DNA of 21,673 nucleotides. Source: Octopus sinensis. Lineage: Eukaryota. The position numbers and the translations under genes are program-made. The notes under the pieces are model-generated. The model was not told the origin of the DNA and did no database searches. It saw nothing but the letters and a program-made list of their open reading frames with translations. Positions 1-9,360 of this stretch are shown piece by piece. The DNA lies in assembly GCF_006345805.1 (NCBI RefSeq), contig NW_021823680.1:1-21673 (forward strand), in the 5' to 3' direction. Positions within the stretch are counted from its first letter, which is position 1. Every line of letters begins with the position of its first letter.

Positions 1-118
1 GGGGCTTTTACGTGCCACCGACACGGGGCCAGACAGAGCTGGCAAACGCCATGAGAGAATGGTGCTTTTACGTATCACCGACACGGGTGCCAGACGAGGC
101 TGGCAGCGGACACGAACG
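1..118 (-). repeat. Two ~60-bp units of the RTE 3'-UTR/SINE-like tandem repeat (GGTGGCACGTAAAAGCACC family); runs off the window edge
   Basis: Reverse complement matches the units at 3116-3330 (GCCAGCTCTGTCTGGCCCCGTGTCGGTGGCACGTAAAAGC). Confidence 0.8.
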
Positions 119-352
119 TTTGGTCACTTAACCCCTGCTTTCTGATATATTTAATTTATTTTGATTGTTCTCACTGGTCTTGCCGGGTCTTCTGACGCCA
201 GCATACTTCCATAGGTCTCGGTCTCTGGTCATTTCCTTGTGAGACCTAAGTTCGAAGGTCGTGCTTCACCACCTCACCCGACCAGGTTTTCGGGTCTACC
301 TCTTCCTTCCACAGGTCCCCTCAACTGCCAGGGTGTGGCACTTTTTCACACA

Positions 353-2945
353 CTACCTATCTTCATCCATTCTCACCACATGACCATACCAGCATAATCG
401 TTTCTCTTGCACACCACAACTGATGCTTCTTAGGTACAACATTTCACTCAAGGTACTAACGCTCTGTCGAGTATGTACACTGACATTACACATCCATCGG
501 GGCATACTGGCTTCATTTCTTGCGAGCTTACGTAAATCCTCAGCAGTCACAGCCCAAGTTTCACTGCCATGTATCATGGCTGTTCGTACACATGCATCAT
601 ACAGTCTGCCTTTTACTCTGAGCGAGAGGCCTTTAGTCACCAGCAGAGGTAAGAGCTCCCTAAACTTTGCCCAGGCTATTCTTATTCTAGCAGTTACACT
701 TTCAGCGCACCCACCCCCACTACTGACTTGGTCACCTAGATAACGGAAGCTATCAACTACTTCTAGTTTTTCCCCTGGAAAGTGACGGAAGTTGTTTTCT
801 GCAGATTTTCGGAGGTCCATGCTCCCGAGCATCTGCCACATACAAAAACTATCATCCCCAGTTAGCCTACCTTTGACATTGCTGCACCTCTTATGTGTCC
901 ATAGCTTACACTGGGTACATCTTATAGAGTTTCTACCTACACCTTTTCTACAGATCGAGCAGGGCCATCTTCCTGAGGATATTTGTGGATTGTCTACCTT
1001 TCTACTTATTAGTACTTTGGTTTTAGCTAGGTTGACTCTAAGGCCCCTCGATTCTAAACCCTCCTTCCACACCTGGAACTTCTCCTCCAGTTCTGATAGT
1101 GACTCAGCAATTAGAGCGAGGTCGTCAGCATAGAGGAGCTCCCAGGGGCAACCTATCTTGAATTCCTCCACAATTGCCTGGAGGACTATGATAAATAGGA
1201 GGGGGCTAAGTACTGAACCCTGGTGGACCCCAACCTCTACTTTGAATTCTTTTGTGTACATGTTGCCAACCCTAACCTTACTTACGGCATCTCTGTATAT
1301 GGCTTGCACAGCCCTCACCAGCCATTCATCTATCCCTAGTTTCCTCATTGACCACCAGATGAGGGATCGGGGGACCCTATCAAAGGCTTTCTCCATGTCA
1401 ACGAAAGCCAGGTACAGGGGCTTATCTTTGGCTAGGTATTTCTCCTGCAGCTGCCTTCCCAGGAATATAGCATCAGTGGTGCTTTTCCCTGGCACAAACC
1501 CAAACTGCATCTCATCTAAACTAACTCTCTCTCTAATTAGTTGGGCTATGACCCTCTCCGTAACCTTCATTACCTGATCCAACAGCTTGATACCTCTGTA
1601 ATTATTTGTATCTAGGGCATCACCTTTACTTTGTAGCAGTTAACCATTATGCTGCTACACCAGTCATTTGGTATGACTCCTTCATGTATCACCTGGTTGA
1701 CTATACGGGTGACTAGGTTATAGCCGACACTGCCAGATATTTTGAGCATCTCTGCAGTAATTCCTGATGGGCCTGGGGCTTTTCCTGTCTTCATGCTTCT
1801 AATTGCCTTAGCTACCACGGAACTATCAACTCGGATAGCTGGTCCCTCTGTTGGGTCAACATTCAGCAGACTCTCTATCCCATTCATTTTCTTTATTCAT
1901 CAACCTTTCATAGTGGCATCTCCAAACCTCTCTCTTTGCGTCCTCATTTAGCGCAAGTGAACCATCATCCATGCGAACACACTTCTCTCCTACCACATCA
2001 CGATTCTCTTTCACACACTGTCTTGCAACACGAAATACCTCAAGTCTTTCATCCTCACGGCTCAGAACATTGGCAAATTTTTTCTTATCCGCTTCCCCTC
2101 TGGCTAAATAAACCTGTCTCCTAGCTTCCCTTTTGGCTGTCTGATACAATTCCCTGCTACCACCGTTCTTCCAGTCCTTCCAAGCCTGTCTCTTTTGTCT
2201 AATAGCCCTGTCAACCACAGTGTTCCACCACCATGTTACTCTGGGTCGAGATGGTACTTTGCTCCATCCACAGATCTGTTCAGTGGCTGTCAGCAGATTG
2301 TCTCGCAGGAATCTCCAGTTGTCTTCCACATTAAGTGAAGCTATATCCCCTTCTATTTCGTCAAAGGCTTCGAGTAGTATGTCTCTAAATCTCTGTCCAT
2401 TTTCAGGATCTTTAAGCTTCCAGACCCTTCTCCTCCAAGCTGGTCTTCTTCTGGGCAACCATTTAGCTCTGATCCTGAAGTCGCTAACTACTAATCTATG
2501 TTGAGGAGTACATTCTTCGCCTGGAAAGGTTTTGGCATTTATAATCAGCCCTCTTTCCCTTTTTCTGGCAAGGATGTAGTCAATCTGGCTGGTGTGTCTG
2601 CCAGAATGGTAGGTGACTAGGTGAGAGGTGGGTTTCCTGAAGTTGGTATTGCAGACCATAAGGTCATTTGCATCGCAGAACTCCAGCAGCCTGGTTCCCT
2701 CCTCATTACGAGAGCCAAAACCGTAGCCTCCATGGACGCCATGGAAGCCCCCGACATGTCATCCAACATGTCCATTGAAATCACCTGCCACGAAGAGAAG
2801 GTCACTGTCATTTTCAACGAGGTAGTCCGCAATAGGGTGTCATAGAATTGGTCTTTTTGTCCTCCCGGTAGCCTGGTTGAGGGGCATATGCTGAGATGAT
2901 GGTAGCTGTCCTTGGTATAGGACTAATCTAATTTTATTACTCTCT
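353..2945 (-). pseudogene. Disrupted APE-RT ORF of the RTE element (pieces 1856-2659, 1612-1887, 353-1582)
   Basis: Three consecutive ORFs join into one APE-RT protein if frameshifts near 1875 and 1630 are corrected. There are further lesions at 2750-2945 and a compensated frameshift pair at about 855 and 773. Confidence 0.92.
829..967 (-). other. PHD-type (C4HC3) zinc-finger coding segment inserted between RT motifs 6 and 7
   Basis: WPCSIC-x10-CTQC-KLWT-H-KR-C-x14-CGRC. The final CGRC (829-840) is read after removing one extra G near 855. Confidence 0.8.
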
Positions 2946-2964
2946 GTCACTTACTCTGACTGCC

Positions 2965-2965
<1 letters not shown>

Positions 2966-3018
<53 letters not shown>

Positions 3019-3092
3019 GATTATATATATATATAATTATATATATATATGTTATGTATATATATGTTTATATGTATACGTATATAGTTATA
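2966..3092. repeat. (TA)n microsatellite
   Basis: Direct inspection. Confidence 0.95.
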
Positions 3093-3387
3093 CGTTTGTG
3101 GCCGTTTGCCCGTTCGTGGCCGTTTGCCAGCTCTGTCTGGCAACCGTGTCGGTGGCACGTAAAAGCACCGTCCATTTGTGGCCGTTTGCCAGCTCTGTCT
3201 GGCCCCGTGTCGGTGGCACGTAAAAGCACCATCCGTTCGTTTTCGTTGTCAGCCTCAGCTGGCCCCCGTGCCAGTGACACGTAAAAGCACCGTCCATTCG
3301 TGGCCGTTTGCCAGCTCTGTCTGGCCCCGTCCAACCCATGCTAGCATGGAAAGCAAACGCTAAATGATGATGATGAAGATGATGATG
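3093..3387 (+). mobile_element. RTE-related 3' fragment or SINE-like copy: about 3.5 tandem ~62-bp units, then the tail CCAACCCATGCTAGCATGGAAAGC...(GAT)n
   Basis: Units start at about 3116, 3178, 3239 and 3300. The tail matches the RTE 3' end at 17881-17931. Confidence 0.85.
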
Positions 3388-3530
3388 TATGTATATATAT
3401 GTTTATATGTATCTATGTATGTGTATTTGTTTGTGTATATATATATATATGTGTATATATATATGTATGTATGCATATATACATGTATTTACATATATGT
3501 ATGTATATGTGTATGTATATATATATATGT
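3388..3530. repeat. (TA)n/(TATG)n microsatellite between two convergent RTE tails
   Basis: Direct inspection. Confidence 0.95.
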
Positions 3531-3695
3531 ATCATCATCATCATCATCGTTTAATGTCCGTTCTCCATGCTAGCATGGGTTGGACGGTTTGACCGGGGAT
3601 CTGGGAAGCCAGAAGGCTGCACCAGGCTCCAGTCTTATCTGGCAATGTTTCTACAGCTGGATGCTCTTCCTAACGCCAACCACTCCGTGAGTGTA
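3531..3695 (-). mobile_element. 5'-truncated RTE/SINE 3' tail (GGAGTGGTTGGCGTTAGGAAGAGCATCCAGCTGTAGAAAC...CCATGCTAGCATGG...(GAT)n)
   Basis: Reverse complement aligns with the RTE 3' UTR at 17780-17931. Confidence 0.88.
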
Positions 3696-3850
3696 TATAT
3701 ATATATATATGTTTGTATATATATATATGTATGTTTGTATATATATATACGTATGCATGTATACATATATCATATATGAATGTATATGTGTATGTATATA
3801 TGTATGTGTGTGTGCATATATATATATATATATTTTTATATATATATGCA
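3696..3850. repeat. (TA)n/(TG)n microsatellite
   Basis: Direct inspection. Confidence 0.95.
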
Positions 3851-5135
3851 CACTGGCGAAAATAGATTTAAGACCGATGATAAAAGTTCTATTTCTTACA
3901 AAATATTTTGTTACTAACACCATACAAATTATTTTTATCCTTTACACCTTATGCAGAATTTATTTCTCTTTTGAATGATCCAGACAATAACTATTTTTAT
4001 ATAACCTGAAGAATTCTAATGCTAAATTAATATAAACGTTTCAAATTTACTGGTAAAATTAGTTTTAGACCGTATCATTTTAATTTTATTGAAAGCTTAA
4101 GATTGTAGCAAAAATGAGCAAGAAGAACAAAATACATATTAATACTTTGTGCCTTAGCCTTTATTCTTAATAACGGCTGAACAATGCCTTGGTATTGAAT
4201 TCGCTTTGTGATTACAAAATTCTGTGGGAATGTTTTGTCATATTTCATTGATATAATCAAATAATTGTTTTAGATTAGATGTTTTTTTAGCATGGACTTT
4301 TTTGGAAACGTAATTCTACAAGTTCTCGATTGGATTCAGGTCCGGGCTCTGGGGAGGCCATTCGATTACGTCAATATTATGGTGATCAAAAAATTCCATA
4401 ACTTTTTGGGCTTTCTGCACAGGACTATTGTCCTGCTGATAAATACCCCCCGGAGGCATTTGGTGAGTCAAATATGGCACAACATTATCCTTTAGTAGAT
4501 TCCTATAACCTATACTATTTAGCTTTCCATCAACTTTAACTAGAGGGCCAACACCAAAGCTACTAAATGCCGCCCACACCATCACACCCCTACCACCCGC
4601 TTGCACCATCTTTTTCAAGCATTTCAGATGAAATTCCTTGGTTGGATATTCTGTATCCAAATATACAGAAGCATAACTCGTCACTCCAAAGGACCCTGCA
4701 CCTATCTTTAGCAGTCCATTGATCATGGCTTTTTGCGAAATTAAGGTGTTTGAGTCGACTTCTTTCGGATATTATTGGCTTTTTCCTAACAATTCATCCA
4801 TGTAGTCCAAATTCTCTCAAACGGTTGCTGGCTGTTTGTGGTGTGAAAATAACACCATTCTCATTGGACAATTGTTTACAAATGTCAATGGCTGTCAGCA
4901 TTCAGTTGCCTTCCGAAAGTCGGTGGATTCGACAGTCCAACTGCACTGTCGTTTTTCTTGGGGCGCCAGTCCTTTGCCTATCTTTATATTGACCAGTCTC
5001 CGAGTATAACTTGCATGCAAGCCTTTTACTGCACTAAGGTGTAAAAGATATAAATAATTTGGATGGTGTTAGTAACAAAATATTTTGTAAGAAATAGAAC
5101 TTTTATCATTGGTCTTAAATTTATTTTCACCAGTG
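3851..5135 (-). mobile_element. Tc1-family DNA transposon with ~106-bp TIRs (3851-3956 and 5029-5135), internally deleted
   Basis: CACTGGCGAAAATAGATTTAAGACCGATGATAAAAGTTCTATTTCTTACAAAATATTTTGTTACTAACACC is near-identical to the reverse complement of the right end. It is flanked by CA (left) and TA (right). Confidence 0.93.
4139..5025 (-). pseudogene. Tc1 DD34E transposase remnant
   Basis: Motifs LWSDE (~4677-4690), GVMVW, QQDNSPV, and WPPQSPDLNPIENL (34 residues between D and E). C-terminus SIPRHCSAVIKNKG*GTKY*. Frameshifts and stops are present. Confidence 0.92.
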
Positions 5136-5232
5136 TATATATGTATGTATATATATAATATAAATAATATATATATATATATGCATATATACATATGTAT
5201 ACTTACATGTATTCATATATACATATGCATAT
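5136..5232. repeat. (TA)n-rich microsatellite
   Basis: Direct inspection. Confidence 0.9.
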
Positions 5233-6230
5233 ATGGGCACAGGACATCACAGAGTAAAAGGATCAAAGATCATGTTGCTTCATCAGCAAAATGTGTCCTT
5301 CATGAACATTAGCAAGCAATTAGGATGCAACAAAATGGCTTGTGTTCATGCATAGAAGCTTTACCAAGCCACTGGCCAATACAAAGATCAGCAAAGAACA
5401 GATGCTCCAAGAAAAACAACAGTACAGATGGTTCAGCAAATTCATAGGCTCTCTGAATGGTAACAGCAGTGGATATTAGTAAGCAATTATCTGATGAAAC
5501 CGACATCAGCTTTACACCACAAACTGTTAGAAACTGTCTAAAAGAATCTGGACTGCTTGAAAGAAGCTGATGATTTCTGAGATGAACTGGTGGAAGTTGA
5601 TTAAGTTTGCTAAAATCCATATTGAATGGATGACTGAAGACTGGTCAAAAGTTCTTTGGAGTGACGAATCCCGCTTCTGCATCCATGGGTCAGGCAGAAA
5701 GACTTGTTAGATGCTGTCCAGCTGAAGAATTCCATCCTAAGTGTGTCAAGAAAACAGCACAAGCGGGGGGTGTGGGGGGTAATGGTTTGGGCCATGTTCA
5801 GCAGCTTAGGTGTTGATCCGATTGTTAAGATTGATGGCAGACTAAACAGTGTAAGTTATCTGAAAATTAGGAAATGAAAATGTGCTGCAATTAAGAAATG
5901 AAATTAGGAAATGAAAATAATCAGATGCTACTGGGATCTATTTTCCAATAGAACAATTGCCCCGTTCATAAGGCTAGGTAAGTTTTGCAATATTTTGAGT
6001 GCAATAATATGGTGGTTATTGAGTGGCTTCCGCAGAGCCTGGATTTGAATCCAATAGAAAATTTATGGAATTATGTTTCTAAAAGAGTTCATGCTAAGAA
6101 ACCAACAAATTTGTCTCAATTGTATAATTTTATTGAACATTCCAAGTGAATTTTGTGCTCATTTGTCATTTCCGTGCCCTGCCATTGTAAGGCTGTAATT
6201 GAAAATAATGGCTATGGAGCTAGATACTAG
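5233..6230 (+). pseudogene. Tc1 transposase remnant with multiple stops and frameshifts
   Basis: HTH-like N-terminus (ISKQLGCNK...TGQYKD...APRKTT), LWSDESRF (~5655), GVMVW (~5780), WLPQSLDLNPIENLW (~6023-6068), and C-terminus CHCKAVIENNGYGARY*. Confidence 0.9.
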
Positions 6231-6459
6231 TAATAAATTTTTTTTGTTGATTATTTGTACTGTAAAGTTTCAATTTAAGCAAAATAATGTTTGTCTTAAA
6301 CTTATTTTGTCAACAATTTTTAATCATTTGAATTAATTGTGTGTTAAAATTATTCAAATTGTAGAAAGATATAATGCTTATATCATTTGAAAGAGAAAAA
6401 TTCTACATAAACTGTAAAAAGTAAAATAATTTTATGCACTTTTATTAAAAATAAATTAA

Positions 6460-6679
6460 CCCTTTCATTACTGTATTTATTTTGAGATGCTCTGTGTTTC
6501 TTTCAATTACTTTAAATATAACAAAGAATTTAGTAAAATAACTTAGTTATCATTCAGCTAGTGTTAAGAACATTAATTGTGACTAAGGTTTGGTGGAAGA
6601 TTTTATTTCAAAACGTAAGAAAACAATACATTTGTGCTCAGAGCCAGAACCGGTTTCAGGCAGGTTGATAACGAAAGGG
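6460..6679. mobile_element. 220-bp non-autonomous MITE with piggyBac-type ends and TTAA target duplication
   Basis: TTAA(6456-59)|CCCTTTCATTAC...ATAACGAAAGGG|TTAA(6680-83). Removing it restores the Tc1 TIR. Confidence 0.85.
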
Positions 6680-6780
6680 TTAATGAAAGAATAGAACTGT
6701 CATCATTGGTCTTAAATTTAATTTGGCCATTGTATATATAAATATATACATATATATGAAATTTTGAATTTAGTTCACAG

Positions 6781-6831
6781 CGGGGGGGGGGGGCAATACT
6801 ACCTTTGCAGACCCCCTGTTGGGAACCACTG
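6781..6831. mobile_element. Possible hAT (Charlie-like) terminal remnant
   Basis: Ends TTGGGAACCACTG (reverse complement CAGTGGTTCCCAA), a typical hAT-MITE terminus. No partner end was found. Confidence 0.4.
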
Positions 6832-7204
6832 ACCTATACAATCAGTACTGCCTACCCAGTAAAATTTACACAGTTGTTATTTGTCTGAGAAGTCTAACTG
6901 TGATTCCTTTACATCCTGCATCCTACAACACACACAGCTCACATCTACATACTTTCATTCTGGCATTTCACCAAAACTGCCTTTCATTGTGCTAACAATG
7001 ACTGTTACCACTCTAAGACCTGAATAGGAAGAGTGAGTAGGTGACTTGGGGACTGCTATCAGTATCTGAAAAGAAGGATTGTATGCCTGTCTCATTTCTC
7101 TATTTGTTTCTTTCGTTGTGTTAAAAAAAAAGTTCGTTTTTCATGCTTTTGTTTTTTATGTTCTTGTTTCTCATTTTGTTCAAATTTTTTTTGATGTCCT
7201 GTAC

Positions 7205-7282
7205 CCATATATGCATAGGCATATACATGTATGTGTGTATATATGCATATATATATATATATATTATTTATATTATTATATG
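7205..7282. repeat. (TA)n-rich microsatellite
   Basis: Direct inspection. Confidence 0.85.
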
Positions 7283-7589
7283 ATCGAGTGCCATGCATCC
7301 ATTCCCAAGTAAGTTTTATCTTAATAATTCTGATGCATACTCTACCACCTATCTCTATTTTATCTCCCTCTCTTGTTCTTCTTCCTTTCTGTTTTTCTCT
7401 TCCTCCTTGACTCTCATTGCTCACCATAGTAAACTATATCCTTTCATGTCCTCTGGTTTTCTCATGAATACTCTTCCTTCCTTTGATGTCAAATTTGCAG
7501 TTTCCAAAGAATTCAAAAACATTGGATTATGATTCATTTTACCATATGTTCAAATTGAAAATCATGCTGCTTTCTGTTTCAAAGTGTGA

Positions 7590-7960
7590 AGAGTTTATCT
7601 TCTCTTCCAAACCATGTGGGTAGCTTCTAGGATATCCTTAGATTTCTGTCATAGACTAAGTTCATTATTCATCATAAAATGCTGAGTCCATTCATTAGGC
7701 ATTCTACTGGTAGATTAGAAGATATCTTGGCTTCTCCAGTCTAATCTCTAGCAAGGTTACCTAGCCAAACAGTTCTTCTCCATCTCCAGATATCTCTATG
7801 TGCTCTTTTATCTTCAACATTTCTAGTAAAAAGTTTTTTTGCTTTCTCCTGTCTTTCAAAACTCCCTCAGCAAAATTGTTACCATTAACTTCTTCAAATT
7901 CTTCAGCTTTAAATTTGAAAGCAGTAGCATGTAATAAACATTTTTTCTGCTAGTGTGTTG
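7590..7960 (-). mobile_element. Highly degraded RTE C-terminal fragment (tentative)
   Basis: Minus strand reads IWRWRRTVWLGNLAR, similar to the RTE motif IRxRRLxWxGHxxR. It is collinear with the degraded RT at 8770-9360. Confidence 0.4.
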
Positions 7961-8149
7961 TTGTTGTGACAATACTTGATTTGGCATGAAACGTTACCCT
8001 TTTATGTCTAACTCTAACAAGTTTATGAAAGAATTAAGATATTGTATAAAAGAATTAAAATATTAAATATTAAAATATTATTAAAATAAATGAATTAAAA
8101 TATTTTGTGTATAAGTAATTTATTGCAAATAAATTTTACCAACAGAATT

Positions 8150-8174
8150 ATGGACCCTGATTGAGAAACCCCTG
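8150..8174. mobile_element. Possible hAT (Charlie-like) terminal remnant
   Basis: TTGAGAAACCCCTG (reverse complement CAGGGGTTTCTCAA). Only a single end is visible. Confidence 0.4.
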
Positions 8175-8769
8175 CTCTAGACCTTCACTTCTTCCATGTT
8201 TTTTTCTTATTTCCCTACATCTATTTCTTTACTAATTTTGCCATAAACTCCTCTTACCATTGTATTTATCAATTATTTTTGTTTATCTCATCTCTACACA
8301 ATCTCCACATACAATTGTATCAGTGTTGCCAACTCACCTCTTCTCATATTAACAGTTCTTTCAAATTTTGTCTCTTTTTACTGTTTCTGTCTATTACCTT
8401 TATTTCATTCATCAATTACATTTCATTGTATCAGTCTCACCTCTGAACTCTACACTTATCTAACTCTAAAGACCAATACCTAATTTTTCCTGGATTAGTT
8501 TTCATACGTTAAAGGTATGGTTATTTTATTTAAAATGGTTGCAACTATATTATCATATTAAATATGCATTTTAGTTGTTCAGCATTTATAATTGTAGCTG
8601 ATTGTAAAAGCAATGAAATTTCTTGCACAACATGTCCTAGCTTTATATGTAAGTCACATTTCTGATTTTTGTTATTGAAGTTGTGTACAAAAAAGGTAAT
8701 TTATAAACATGTATCTATGGTGTATTCGAAGGTTAACTATTACTGGATTTCTATACTATTTACTCAGGA

Positions 8770-9360
8770 ACTAGGCTGAGAACAATCCTAGTGAACACAT
8801 AGCTTTACACTAAACTCTCTTCTAAATTTGCTGTCAATCCTTACATAGCTGCCTGTTCTCAGATTTGATGAATGGCTTGAATGCATCCACAAGCCATTCA
8901 TCTAACCTGATTTTCTTCACATCTACCAGATTACAGGGTGCAGGACTTTCTCAAAATCTTCCTCCATACTGACAGACAAATGCAAAGTAGAGTAGTTTAG
9001 TTTTTGCTAAGAAATATTCATTTCTATTATGAGGAATATGGCATCTTTGGTTCAACAGCCTAGTACAAATTCAAACTGACCTTATCCAAGCTAACCTTAA
9101 CCAATACTATACTGTTGGCATTTTATATCTCTCCCTTGAAGGTTTCTGCCCTAAACATTATTTCCATTTGTCTTTATAACATAATATTTAAAGTATTGTT
9201 TGAACTTTCTTTGGAGTCTTCTGTTTTACTGACTTGACTAAGACTCTTTCAGCTACTTTTAAAACTTACTCTATCAATTTGATGCCCCTGTATTTGCTAC
9301 TCTCTAATGCATCTCTTTTGTCCTTATGAAACTGTTACGCCTATCATTAGGAATGACAGC
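8770..9360 (-). mobile_element. Old, degraded RTE RT fragment
   Basis: Minus strand gives KDKRDALESSKYRGIKLIE*VLKVAERV, FVLGC*TKDAIFL, EYFLAKTKLLYFAFV and DEWLV, collinear with RT motifs of the element at 170-2965. Confidence 0.8.

Larger units (their letters stand above)
170..2965 (-). mobile_element. RTE-clade non-LTR retrotransposon, 5'-truncated within the APE domain, frameshifted
   Basis: Minus-strand translation gives APE motifs (SAYAPQ, GDFNGHVG, QIDYIL, PQHRLVV). It also gives RT motifs (KAPGPSGI, YRGIKL, QFGF, AFVDMEKAFD, GVHQGSVLSP, LLYADD, FRYLG) and an RTE C-terminus (WYGHVVRM, GRP-KTW). The 5' end abuts (TA)n at 2966. Confidence 0.95.
5233..6732 (+). mobile_element. Second, diverged Tc1 element; left TIR missing, right TIR interrupted by a MITE
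   Basis: The transposase remnant is followed by ...GAATAGAACTGTCATCATTGGTCTTAAATTTAATTTGGCCATTG|TA, which is homologous to the TIR of 3851-5135. Confidence 0.88.

Noticed and set aside
423-2504. Plus-strand ORFs of 60-140 aa overlapping the RTE (likewise 14911-15174, 15572-15754, 16415-16830)
   Set aside because: Antisense shadows of the RT/APE frame with no independent motifs.
3093-3335. Regularly spaced repeats suggesting a CRISPR array
   Set aside because: The units are contiguous tandem copies with no unique spacers, in a eukaryotic retroposon context.
6636-6683. GAAACCGGT on the minus strand of the MITE as a further hammerhead
   Set aside because: No upstream YUGANRA core and no helix I or II pairing.
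7092-7427. 111-aa minus-strand ORF
   Set aside because: Derived from pyrimidine-rich and TA low-complexity sequence.
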